From sequence record NC_061447.1: a DNA stretch of 64,000 nucleotides; one strand, given 5' to 3'. The position numbers were made by a program, and so were the translations under genes. Positions 26,264 to 35,202 of this stretch are shown here, piece by piece (within the stretch, counting starts at the first letter, position 1; each line of letters begins with the position of its first letter). Below the pieces are notes generated by a model, which was not told where the DNA came from, searched no databases, and worked only from the letters and a program-made list of their open reading frames with translations.

Positions 26264-26716
26264 ATGGAAATGTTTGATCGCTCAAACGTGATTAAAGCAA
26301 TCATGCGTAACCTGAAAGACGCGCGGAGAATAGAAGACATACGCACGTTCGACGACAAGGTATACTTCAAAGTTAACGGCGTAGGCTACTTTGTCACTGG
26401 CAGCTATCCTAATCTGAAAGTTGTATCTCGCGGTCAGTATGACCAAGAGATGATGAACCAACTCAACTATGTTTATCGGCGCAAGAAGGGTGTAGAAGAA
26501 GATACGCCAATGCGCATAGCACGTACCTCTCGCAATCTCACACTGACGCAGATAGCTAAAGAGTTGGGACTGGACCCAGGTAACCTGAGTCGAATCGAAC
26601 GGGGTATGCAGATACCTTCAATGGAGTTGGCGGAACGTATCGCCGCGTATTTCGATAACACAATAACAGCAATTCAAATTTGTCATCCGACTTATAAGGG
26701 GAATCCAAATGCTTGA
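26264..26716 (+). CDS. XRE-family HTH transcriptional regulator with extra N-terminal domain
   Basis: RNLTLTQIAKELGLDPGNLSRIERGMQIPSMELAERIA. Confidence 0.85.
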   Translation: MEMFDRSNVIKAIMRNLKDARRIEDIRTFDDKVYFKVNGVGYFVTGSYPNLKVVSRGQYDQEMMNQLNYVYRRKKGVEEDTPMRIARTSRNLTLTQIAKELGLDPGNLSRIERGMQIPSMELAERIAAYFDNTITAIQICHPTYKGNPNA

Positions 26717-27248
26717 CCAAATCACTCACATCGTCCAAGTGATGATGACCAGCCTGAAAGACGTTCGTGAAGTAGATCAGGTTAACTTCATTGGCAATCA
26801 GGCTGTGCGCTTTCGTATGAACGGTAAAATCTTTGACGTGCGTGGTCACTACCCGCTGTTTTCTGTGCATGAGATCGAAGGCTCTTGCATGTCTGGCTCG
26901 AAAGCTGCCTACGAGATCGAGCGTCAGATGAATGGCGGCCCGATTGAAAGTCAGGACAGCGAAGACTTCGCGCATGATTCGCATGAAGAAGCGGTGAACG
27001 ATCTGCTGTGCAATCACGTTGACAGCATGTGTGAAGAACGTGTACGCGCCTATAATGAAGAATGCGGCGGCCCTGATTTAGACCCAATCAATGCGCAACG
27101 CGTTTGGTTGAAAGCGCACTTCATTCATATCAGCGCGGAAGTCCCAAGCATGTTGGAGACTGTGATGTTCATGGAAGGCAAAGAGCGTTACGAGCAACTG
27201 CGCAAGGCAATCAAAGAGATTTACTCTCCTAAACCAAAAGTAGCCTAA
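26709..27248 (+). CDS. hypothetical protein sharing N-terminal domain with the upstream HTH protein
   Basis: V.F..NG..f.V.G.YP...V in both. Confidence 0.75.
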   Translation: MLDQITHIVQVMMTSLKDVREVDQVNFIGNQAVRFRMNGKIFDVRGHYPLFSVHEIEGSCMSGSKAAYEIERQMNGGPIESQDSEDFAHDSHEEAVNDLLCNHVDSMCEERVRAYNEECGGPDLDPINAQRVWLKAHFIHISAEVPSMLETVMFMEGKERYEQLRKAIKEIYSPKPKVA

Positions 27249-27260
27249 GAGGAAATAGAA

Positions 27261-27701
27261 ATGAGCGAAATAGATATTCTGATCCGTGAGTTCGAACGGG
27301 CGTATCTCAAGTCACTGGCGTCGTCTTGGGGAAACGTTGCGTATCACGTTCACGACCTTCACCCTGAGATGAAGAATTTCCGAGTGTACTTGCGCTTTCG
27401 CACCCAGTTCCAGTGTCTCTGGAATCGCCCTGTGTTAGTGCTGTCTACTATCGACGTGACTAACCCAGGTCAAGGCGAGTTCTCGAAGTTACTCGCACGT
27501 ACCAAAGAGCTGTGTCGGCAGCGTGACTGGATTCTCCAGATTGAAAACGTAATAACGCCGAAGTTCAGAAAGTTTCTACAGCGTGGTGGATTCAAGCCGT
27601 TTGGCATTGACGCCGAAATACCGTTCGGTAGTCTCTACTGGTTCCACGACGAGACAATCCCAACGCAGTGTGCAATGTACAGACAGGAGCGCTCACTATG
27701 A
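27261..27701 (+). CDS. putative GNAT-family acetyltransferase
   Basis: LSTIDVTNPGQGEFSKLL (motif A-like); FRKFLQRGGF (motif B-like). Confidence 0.6.
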   Translation: MSEIDILIREFERAYLKSLASSWGNVAYHVHDLHPEMKNFRVYLRFRTQFQCLWNRPVLVLSTIDVTNPGQGEFSKLLARTKELCRQRDWILQIENVITPKFRKFLQRGGFKPFGIDAEIPFGSLYWFHDETIPTQCAMYRQERSL

Positions 27702-28141
27702 ATATCTGGTGGCCCTCAATTGCTATTGGCTTGCTGCCTCTAGCTACATGCTACGCTGTGTTTCCGTGGTTTCGTGCTGCCGTGAATCGTCGTCTGACAT
27801 TCAAAGCGTTTGACTATGACGCTCTCGACGAGATTCTCGCAGGCAACATGCCTGAGCGTCTGCGCATTAAATGTTTGCAGGCGAGTTACAGTTCGAACGA
27901 CGGTGAGCACACGCACGTGGACATTTATCCGTATAAAGAGAATACGGCTGTGATTCGCATTGCGATGGATGATGACTTCCCTGTCGCCCGAATGTTTCGT
28001 GATGTGTTGATCAATAACATCACCGCACTGTGCCTGAAAGGTCGCAAGCTGCCTCTGATTACGATCAACCAATCGACGTATCAGGTGCTGGGCTATCAAC
28101 ACGACAACTACTACCTCCACATTTACGTGGAGCATAAATAA
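27698..28141 (+). CDS. hypothetical protein with N-terminal TM segment
   Basis: AGGAG RBS; hydrophobic N-terminus. Confidence 0.72.
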   Translation: MNIWWPSIAIGLLPLATCYAVFPWFRAAVNRRLTFKAFDYDALDEILAGNMPERLRIKCLQASYSSNDGEHTHVDIYPYKENTAVIRIAMDDDFPVARMFRDVLINNITALCLKGRKLPLITINQSTYQVLGYQHDNYYLHIYVEHK

Positions 28142-28150
28142 GGGACTATC

Positions 28151-28450
28151 ATGGTCACCCAACAACAACTCAAAGAGTTTTCTGCATTGCCCTCTTTAGA
28201 CAGGAAAGTGTTTCTGCGTAGTATGCAAGTAGAGATGTTGGGTGCCCTCCCTGAGGTCGAAGCGATTGTGCGTGAGATGTTGTGTCGCGCTATCGTGGTA
28301 GACGTGGTCCAAGCGGAGATGGCACTCCTTGCAGCACGTCAAATGTGCGAGAACAAGGACGTAAAGAAAGCCATTGACGATTTACTTTTATTCGCGGCTC
28401 GTATTCACGATGCCACCGACGATACCTTATTTCTTGGAGATATAGCATGA
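28151..28450 (+). CDS. hypothetical protein
   Basis: ORF in run. Confidence 0.7.
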   Translation: MVTQQQLKEFSALPSLDRKVFLRSMQVEMLGALPEVEAIVREMLCRAIVVDVVQAEMALLAARQMCENKDVKKAIDDLLLFAARIHDATDDTLFLGDIA

Positions 28451-29502
28451 ACACAATTTCTGGTTCCGTAATTGACGAAGATGTTCTGGACTGGCTTGAT
28501 AACTTTAGCTCGCACGACCAGCGTAAGATTGCTGACACGATCAACGCGATTGCTTATGTGCACCGTACCGAGCTGTCTATTCCAAACATGCTGCATGACG
28601 AAGATATTGCTGCGCTGTCTCATGCTGACCTGTTCACCATTCTGTCGCTCGCTGCACCGAATGCGAAGTATGATCTCACGTTGTCTAACGTGCAACTGCT
28701 TGGTCTGGCTATGAGTGCTATGGGCATCATCAACTACAACATGCCTGAGTTGAATAGTCCGATCATGATCAAACGCACCTTTGCCGACGAGCGCCGCAAA
28801 AACATGCTCGGTGGTGATAGCTCTCGTGGTGATGTGATCAAAGCACTCAATCAGTGGTTGTGTGGTATGCGCGATATTGACCTGACTCACGCAGGCACCG
28901 ACTATGCTCCTGATATCCCAGGCATGTATCTGTGTCTCGACGAGCACGAACAGATTCGCTACGGCCGCCTATTCCGTAACAGCAGTGATGGATGGACCTT
29001 CTGCGAATCGCACGAGAACAATGGCGCCACTGTTTGGTATGATCGTCAGACAACGCATCTCAAAGAAGATGACCTGCCGATGACGCTACTTAGTCATTGG
29101 GTGCTGGTGGCTGAATGGTACAGCCCGAACGAACGTGCTGCACAGAAAGCAATTCCGATCGGTATCGTAAGCGACACCCATCGCATCTTTATGTTCCTGC
29201 GTAGCCTCAGCCCCCATGTGAAAGCAGAGCTGGTGGCACACTTCAAAGGTGTGCTTGACCATAAAGATCCAACGTCCGTTGACTCTATCGGTCGCTTGAC
29301 TGAACACGACTGGCGAACGGCAGCAATCGCAGTTGCTGATGACGCTAAAATGCCTGATGGTGTTAAGAGCTGGTCAGAAGTAAACGCGTGGGTGTGCTTC
29401 GTTGCTGTTGCAGAAGCGCTTGGCTTTAACTTTGAAACTCGTCAGTTTGACCCGCAGTTTGACTATCAGGCAAACGACGATGCACTGGATGCAGATGAAT
29501 GA
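28447..29502 (+). CDS. hypothetical protein
   Basis: GGAG RBS; ATGA overlap; 351 aa. Confidence 0.8.
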   Translation: MNTISGSVIDEDVLDWLDNFSSHDQRKIADTINAIAYVHRTELSIPNMLHDEDIAALSHADLFTILSLAAPNAKYDLTLSNVQLLGLAMSAMGIINYNMPELNSPIMIKRTFADERRKNMLGGDSSRGDVIKALNQWLCGMRDIDLTHAGTDYAPDIPGMYLCLDEHEQIRYGRLFRNSSDGWTFCESHENNGATVWYDRQTTHLKEDDLPMTLLSHWVLVAEWYSPNERAAQKAIPIGIVSDTHRIFMFLRSLSPHVKAELVAHFKGVLDHKDPTSVDSIGRLTEHDWRTAAIAVADDAKMPDGVKSWSEVNAWVCFVAVAEALGFNFETRQFDPQFDYQANDDALDADE

Positions 29503-29708
29503 ATAGAAAGATGATCGCCTGGTTCGCTTTGGTGATCTTCTGCGTGGTGGGAGTGGTTGCTTCCACCGTCGCACTCAATCACTACAGCTTCTTGTTGAGC
29601 ACGTTGCTCACAATCGTATTCGGCGTTGGCCTAGTTATCTGCGTGAAGTGCTTAGACGCGGCCACATGGGATTACTGCGTTAAGAAAGGAAAAGAAAAGA
29701 ATGGCTAA
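29499..29708 (+). CDS. small two-TM membrane protein
   Basis: Two hydrophobic stretches. Confidence 0.72.
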   Translation: MNRKMIAWFALVIFCVVGVVASTVALNHYSFLLSTLLTIVFGVGLVICVKCLDAATWDYCVKKGKEKNG

Positions 29709-30234
29709 ATCACTTGGTGTTTACCTGACGTATATCTTGCGCCATAAGCCACAAGATATCGGCATCGCAATGGACACTCAGGGTTGGGTGTCTGTGCATG
29801 ATCTGCTTGAGAAGGCTCGTTATGTAAAACCAGTCACTCTTGAATCGCTGACAGCCGAAGTGGAGTCAGACAACAAAGGCCGCTTCGAGTTCAACAAAAA
29901 CAAAACGCGCATCCGTTGTGTTCAGGGTCACTCGGTTGAGCATGTGCTTTTGAACATGCAGGCGTGGACAGACTGGTCGCCGTTATATCACGGTACGGCA
30001 GAAAAGAACATCTCGTCTATTCAACATGACGGCATCCTCAAGCGCAAACGCAAGCACGTCCATTTGAGCAACGATATCGAAACTGCTCGACGTGTTGGTC
30101 AACGTCACGGCGTACCTGTTGTGTTTCAGATCGACACGCTGTCCATGATTACTCACGGCTATAAGTTCTACCGTGCTGAGAACGGAGTCATCCTGACCGA
30201 GTACGTGCCGTCCCGTTATATCCGACTGGTGTAG
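29701..30234 (+). CDS. kptA: RNA 2'-phosphotransferase (Tpt1/KptA)
   Basis: LRHKP..IG..MD..GWV, DNKGRF, IRCVQGHS, LYHGT, RKHVHLS, RHG.PVV, NGVILT. Confidence 0.93.
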   Translation: MAKSLGVYLTYILRHKPQDIGIAMDTQGWVSVHDLLEKARYVKPVTLESLTAEVESDNKGRFEFNKNKTRIRCVQGHSVEHVLLNMQAWTDWSPLYHGTAEKNISSIQHDGILKRKRKHVHLSNDIETARRVGQRHGVPVVFQIDTLSMITHGYKFYRAENGVILTEYVPSRYIRLV

Positions 30235-30236
30235 TT

Positions 30237-30650
30237 ATGGAGAAGACGTACATGACACACTGGGGATCTCGGTATGTGAGATCTCCAACGGGCAAATGGT
30301 ACTCTGTTCATGGTCGCGAAGGTGCCTGGGTGACGAATCGCTACGGCACTTCATTCTATCGTAGCGGCACAGAGGTGTGGCGAGACATATCTCCTGCCTC
30401 TTGTAGGAATCTGGAGCGTGAGTTTCTCAAACGAACCCGCAATGACTTCAAGGATAATAAGAACAAGTACAACCACTGGGGTAAGGTAGTGCTGGTGATT
30501 GCACGTCAGTCGGAAGAAGAAAAGAACCCGCACACGTCAGAGCTTGCTGAGATGCTCGAAGCGCTTAGACAGACTTTCTATGGACAGAAGGTACAGCAAC
30601 TAAGCACAATTCTGGACGAAATAGGTCTTACAGACAGATATCGTTCGTGA
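30237..30650 (+). CDS. hypothetical protein
   Basis: ORF in run; 3' end contains promoter P4. Confidence 0.7.
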   Translation: MEKTYMTHWGSRYVRSPTGKWYSVHGREGAWVTNRYGTSFYRSGTEVWRDISPASCRNLEREFLKRTRNDFKDNKNKYNHWGKVVLVIARQSEEEKNPHTSELAEMLEALRQTFYGQKVQQLSTILDEIGLTDRYRS

Positions 30651-30656
30651 TATAAT
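30604..30656 (+). promoter_or_regulatory. box promoter P4 (within end of upstream CDS)
   Basis: GCACAATT-CTGGACGAAA-29 bp-(TGA)TATAAT. Confidence 0.8.
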
Positions 30657-30705
30657 AGAGATGAACGCTAGACACTCGTTTAGCTACTTACATGAGGACA
30701 TGTAT

Positions 30706-31029
30706 ATGAAAAAGAAAACTGCTGCTCAACCTACAATCGAAGGTCGCGTTTTTACTCTTTTCAGTGCCGAGCAAATTCCGCCTGAATCGACTACGCCGTT
30801 TGCTGATCGTGATTCCTTCCTTCCTCTGTTACGTAGAGTTCAGGAAAGTTCTAGGCTGGAACGCATTCGTGGTATGTCCTGCTGTCCATACTGCGGTGAG
30901 ATGATGATGCTTGGTGAATATACCAAAGACAACTGGCTCTGGTCTTATTCTTACCAGCACATGATCGAACACCACAACGTAAAGCCGTCCGCAGAATTTA
31001 TTGCCTACGTTGAAACTGCTTCCAACTAA
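30706..31029 (+). CDS. small putative Zn-binding protein
   Basis: CPYC ... HMIEHH; GAGG RBS. Confidence 0.7.
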   Translation: MKKKTAAQPTIEGRVFTLFSAEQIPPESTTPFADRDSFLPLLRRVQESSRLERIRGMSCCPYCGEMMMLGEYTKDNWLWSYSYQHMIEHHNVKPSAEFIAYVETASN

Positions 31030-31056
31030 TCTGAATTTTACCTGAGGAACATGTAC

Positions 31057-32550
31057 ATGAAAAAGATTAAACACGCTTTCCGTCTGACCGACCTGGTTAA
31101 TATTGAAAAAGTCGATACCGTTGATTATTCCCAATTGCATCACGGTAAACGTGCTATCATTGTTGGTCGTGAGCTTGACTGTCAAATGTACGATCTTCAC
31201 ATCGAAGGTGTTGGCGTTCATCACATGCAATACCCAGAAGAATGTTTGTCGCTCATTAAGCGCAATCAGGGTGAGATGCTCGACAAGTGGGAAGCTGGTA
31301 AGTACGGCAAGAAGAAAAAGAAAGAGCGCGAGATCCCTAACGTGCTGCGTAACTTCACTGCTATTCTGCCTGTGACCTGCAACGCCGATTGTTCGTTCTG
31401 TCCTGAGAAGGAGATGGAAAACAAGGCGCCTCAGAAAGAGTGGCAAGACAAACTGATTGCTGCGATTAAGACGCACGGGCATCGCGTTGACCACGTATCA
31501 ATCTCAGGCGGCGAACCTACGCTGCGTATGAAGTACCTGTTCGAAACGATCGACCAGATTCAGACCAAAGCACATATGTATAAAGTCGGTCTGACGTCGA
31601 ACGGTCAGTTCCTTGAGAAACCTAATCAGTTGCTGACGTTCCTCGACCTGAACACCAACGAGATGTTGGAAAGCAAACTGTCGCATCTGAATATCAGTAT
31701 GCACTCGTTCGACCGCGAAAAAGCAAACAAGATCATGGGCGTCAACTATACGTGGACTCTCGAAGACCTTGCTCGCTTCCGCCGTCAGTTAGGCCGCAAG
31801 CTGAGTTTCCACATCAACTTTGTTATCAACGAACAGAACATTGATAACATCGAGTGGGAGTTCCGTCAGGCCAACGAGTTCATGAAAGAGAATCAGTGGA
31901 TTGACGTTGTGTTCCGTGTTGACTACAACAACAAAAAGCTGAACAAAGAACTGCGTAAGTATGGTCTGGCTGTACAGGCAGCGCGTGAAGCAAAACGACC
32001 ACGTGATAAGAGCATCAAATACTTAGCGCCTAAGATCAAGGAGCCTAAGCTGATCGAGTTGTTTAACTCTATCTTCGACGGTAGCTTCTACGATGATTTG
32101 ACCGAAGAGACTATGCCTGGACTTGGCGATACGTTTACAACCGCATGTCCGTCCTGCTTCACGCATCGTAGCACAGACCTCGGTAACAGCTTCGCATACC
32201 TGAAAGCGTCTTCATACGAACCGAACGAAGACGAAGAAGAATATACCGAGATGGTATTCCACATGGACGGCAACTTGTACTTCGACTGGTCACGCAAAGA
32301 GCCTGTGCCGGAAATGAAGGCGAAGACTAAAAAGACGAAGCGTTTCGACTTCGAGTTCGAGCAAAAAGGCGAACATGATGCACCTAACGGTGCTGCGCTT
32401 AAACTTGAACAGGGCAAGAAAGCCAAACCTGTCCGCGTTAAGAAGGCCAAGAAGACTGAGCCACAGGGCTACCCAGATAGCTGCAACTATTCTTCTCCGT
32501 GCAGTTACTCGCGTGGTTCGTCTTGCAATTTCGGCAGCGGCATGTGCTAA
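31057..32550 (+). CDS. radical SAM enzyme with C-terminal Cys/Ser/Gly-rich tail
   Basis: CNADCSFC (CxxxCxxC), ISGGEPT, LTSNG, NISMHS; tail DSCNYSSPCSYSRGSSCNFGSGMC. Confidence 0.88.
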   Translation: MKKIKHAFRLTDLVNIEKVDTVDYSQLHHGKRAIIVGRELDCQMYDLHIEGVGVHHMQYPEECLSLIKRNQGEMLDKWEAGKYGKKKKKEREIPNVLRNFTAILPVTCNADCSFCPEKEMENKAPQKEWQDKLIAAIKTHGHRVDHVSISGGEPTLRMKYLFETIDQIQTKAHMYKVGLTSNGQFLEKPNQLLTFLDLNTNEMLESKLSHLNISMHSFDREKANKIMGVNYTWTLEDLARFRRQLGRKLSFHINFVINEQNIDNIEWEFRQANEFMKENQWIDVVFRVDYNNKKLNKELRKYGLAVQAAREAKRPRDKSIKYLAPKIKEPKLIELFNSIFDGSFYDDLTEETMPGLGDTFTTACPSCFTHRSTDLGNSFAYLKASSYEPNEDEEEYTEMVFHMDGNLYFDWSRKEPVPEMKAKTKKTKRFDFEFEQKGEHDAPNGAALKLEQGKKAKPVRVKKAKKTEPQGYPDSCNYSSPCSYSRGSSCNFGSGMC

Positions 32551-32564
32551 TAAGGAAAACTAAA

Positions 32565-33182
32565 ATGGCTACTCAAAAAGAAGTAAACGATTTTCTGATC
32601 GAGTTCGAAAAGAACTACGGTCTCTCTATTCCTATCACGGACGAAGACGAGTTTGGTCTTAACGTCCTTGAGCAAACCAATCGAGGTTCTTTCATCGGCT
32701 ATCTCGATGAAGATGTGTTTGACATGTACGACCAGGAAGGTGAGTTTGACGAAGACGAGGATGACGATGTTATCGACGGCGAAGATGAAGAAGCCGTGCT
32801 TGATCGCATTGACGCAGAGCTTGATCGCTCGCACGTCTTCCGCGTCCTGTATCTGGCGCTGAGAGACTGGCAAGGCACCATCAAAGAACTTGAGATGGTA
32901 ATGTTCGACGTCATGGAAGAGATGGATATTCTCGAAGAACACCCAGAGGTTATCACGGAGCCTCTGGCCACCATCGTCGTTTCACAAGATGACCTGAAAG
33001 CTCTGGCTGACATTGTGCGTGAATGCACAGGTCCAGAAACGCATCGTTTGTACGGCATGTTAACCGTACGCAAACTGCAACGTCTTGCTGCGGGTCGACC
33101 GTTCCCTGAGAAGTTTGCTGGCCTCACTATTACGAGTAGTGCGTTTGAACTTACCGAAGCGCTGGCCGAGCTTGGAGAATAA
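32565..33182 (+). CDS. acidic hypothetical protein
   Basis: AAGGA RBS. Confidence 0.78.
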   Translation: MATQKEVNDFLIEFEKNYGLSIPITDEDEFGLNVLEQTNRGSFIGYLDEDVFDMYDQEGEFDEDEDDDVIDGEDEEAVLDRIDAELDRSHVFRVLYLALRDWQGTIKELEMVMFDVMEEMDILEEHPEVITEPLATIVVSQDDLKALADIVRECTGPETHRLYGMLTVRKLQRLAAGRPFPEKFAGLTITSSAFELTEALAELGE

Positions 33183-33183
33183 C

Positions 33184-33540
33184 ATGCGTCGTAACTATTA
33201 CTATGACAGCCCTTTCTATTACGGGCTTATTGTGTGGCGTAGACGCCTTGCTGTTGTTTGTGCGATGTTGATTGCTATTCTGATCATGCACGGTCGCTCC
33301 GCGCCTGCTGTAGAAGACATGTGGTTCTGGACCGGCATTATCTTCGGTGTCGTAGGTGGTGTGTGCTATATTCGTATGTGGTCCTATGAATGCTATCTGC
33401 TTGCTGCAATGGGTCCACTAGATAACAGCACTGTTATTGGTTCGTTGAACTTCGATAAGATTGAACGGCGCCACGCTGTCTGGTACGAAAAGAAGTTCGG
33501 TCACAAGCCACCTAAAACTAACACATGGAGTATTGACTGA
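33184..33540 (+). CDS. two-TM membrane protein
   Basis: GGAG RBS; hydrophobic segments. Confidence 0.72.
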   Translation: MRRNYYYDSPFYYGLIVWRRRLAVVCAMLIAILIMHGRSAPAVEDMWFWTGIIFGVVGGVCYIRMWSYECYLLAAMGPLDNSTVIGSLNFDKIERRHAVWYEKKFGHKPPKTNTWSID

Positions 33541-34007
33541 TGCCGCGCATGTTTACTGAAACTCACCGCACCAAGTATTTCCGTGATCGCAATCATCCTG
33601 AGTATCACGGTGATGTGTGCGAGCGCATCCACCTTGAAGGTATGGAGACGTTGAAAGACCTGAAATACTATCAGGCTGCTATCGCGTTGAAGCGCCGCAG
33701 TAGCCCACATCGTGTGCGTCGTCTGGTTGAGCCTAAGACGTGGGATCAACTTTGTCAGTCACGTGGCGAGCGTCACGATATGTATTATCTACGCGCTCAA
33801 TTCAAATTGTCGGCGGCCCGATTGAAGTCACTGCGTATTGCATACACCGAAGAGCATTGCCGTAGACATGGCGATCCTATGCGACTCGAAGTGAAAGACG
33901 CAGATGGTAATCGCGTTGATTTGTTCGTAACCTATGATGCGGCCAATCACTGTAAACTACGTTCAGGGCTTGGCGCTACAATTAATCGCTACGAGGAAAA
34001 GAAATAA
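33540..34007 (+). CDS. basic hypothetical protein
   Basis: TGATG coupling. Confidence 0.72.
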   Translation: MPRMFTETHRTKYFRDRNHPEYHGDVCERIHLEGMETLKDLKYYQAAIALKRRSSPHRVRRLVEPKTWDQLCQSRGERHDMYYLRAQFKLSAARLKSLRIAYTEEHCRRHGDPMRLEVKDADGNRVDLFVTYDAANHCKLRSGLGATINRYEEKK

Positions 34008-34008
34008 A

Positions 34009-34272
34009 ATGGCAGTAGGTTTTGTCAAAGACGATGGCGTGAACGATACCATCGAAACAAACGTGCTGAACGAGATTGACCGCGCTCGTTCAGAACTTCA
34101 AGGCGTAGGTTCCGACTACTGCGTCAACCCTGACTGCGGTGAAAAGATTCCTGTAATGCGTAAGCTCGCTATGCCGAACGCGCGTTACTGTGTTAACTGT
34201 CAGGCAGCGCACGATGGTACTGCTAACGTCGGCTACAATCGTCGTGGCTCAAAAGATTCCCAGCTGAGGTAA
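34009..34272 (+). CDS. ybiI: DksA/TraR C4 zinc-finger protein, YbiI-like
   Basis: MAVGFVKDDGVN..., C....CGEKIP..R..A.P....C..CQ, C-terminus GYNRRGSKDSQLR matches E. coli YbiI as recalled. Confidence 0.88.
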   Translation: MAVGFVKDDGVNDTIETNVLNEIDRARSELQGVGSDYCVNPDCGEKIPVMRKLAMPNARYCVNCQAAHDGTANVGYNRRGSKDSQLR

Positions 34273-34274
34273 CT

Positions 34275-34703
34275 ATGGAAACTAAAGTATTGCAGTCTGC
34301 CACTGAGTGGCGCGTTAAGGTTACGCAGAAAGATCAGCCAAGCAACACGTTCACTGATGTGTATCGCTCCGAAGAGGAATATCAGAAGTGGATGGACTTG
34401 CATAAGAACGACTACACGGTAGAAGTGAACGTTGTTCAGACGCTGACTATCGAAGTGAAGAAAGGCACCTACCCTGACGTCCAGCCAGTAGTTGATCCGA
34501 ACGTGACGTATTCTCTCGAAGCGTTCGTTAAGACTGCTAACGACTGGGTAGTTATTCGTAGCGGTATCGCAACGCCAGAAGAAGTTACTGGTCTGGTTGA
34601 TCGCCTTAATCTCAAGTACAACAAGCCAGAGTCTGCTACTCATTTCCGTGTTGTGCGTGTTGTGCGCAGCGAAGTAGAAGAACTGTGGGGAGAGATGTGG
34701 TGA
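34275..34703 (+). CDS. hypothetical protein
   Basis: GAGG RBS. Confidence 0.75.
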   Translation: METKVLQSATEWRVKVTQKDQPSNTFTDVYRSEEEYQKWMDLHKNDYTVEVNVVQTLTIEVKKGTYPDVQPVVDPNVTYSLEAFVKTANDWVVIRSGIATPEEVTGLVDRLNLKYNKPESATHFRVVRVVRSEVEELWGEMW

Positions 34704-34885
34704 ACGAAGAAGAACGCAAACAGTTCCTCGAACGCTTAGGTAAGCGTAGCGAAGAACGCGCCGAACCTTACTCACGTTGCGAAGACTGCCGTACACCTCT
34801 AGCAGAAGATGAAGTGTACGGTGAATTTGATGACCTGTGTGAGAATTGCTGTGCTGATCGTGAAGACTCAGGGGAGCCAACATAA
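34700..34885 (+). CDS. small Zn-ribbon-like protein
   Basis: CEDC...CENC; GTG start with GGAG. Confidence 0.6.
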   Translation: MNEEERKQFLERLGKRSEERAEPYSRCEDCRTPLAEDEVYGEFDDLCENCCADREDSGEPT

Positions 34886-35202
34886 TGCTGCGTAAACTTT
34901 GGGTAGCTATTGGATTCAAATTTCCTACTGTGGCTGATGCTATGCGTAAACGTCAGGCATGTACACGCGTTGGCTATAAGAGCTACTGCGTTATGAATCG
35001 TGCTGGATTCGCAGAGGCATTTACTCACCACCTGCATGAGTATCGTGATTCCAGCCCTTCGCTGGCTGTGCTCAATAAACACAAGCATGAAGAAGTAGCG
35101 GCCAAGGCACAGCGTATGGACTATCCGTGCGTTGTTGTTTTTGCTGACGATGGCTTCTCTGCAATTGCAATTGATGCACCTACTATGGATCGCCACGTAT
35201 GA
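34885..35202 (+). CDS. hypothetical protein
   Basis: TAATG coupling. Confidence 0.7.
   Translation: MLRKLWVAIGFKFPTVADAMRKRQACTRVGYKSYCVMNRAGFAEAFTHHLHEYRDSSPSLAVLNKHKHEEVAAKAQRMDYPCVVVFADDGFSAIAIDAPTMDRHV

Noticed and set aside
31057-32550. Specific assignment as QueE, NrdG, MoaA or viperin
   Set aside because: Only generic radical SAM motifs are visible; no partner pathway genes (que, nrdD, moa) in the window.
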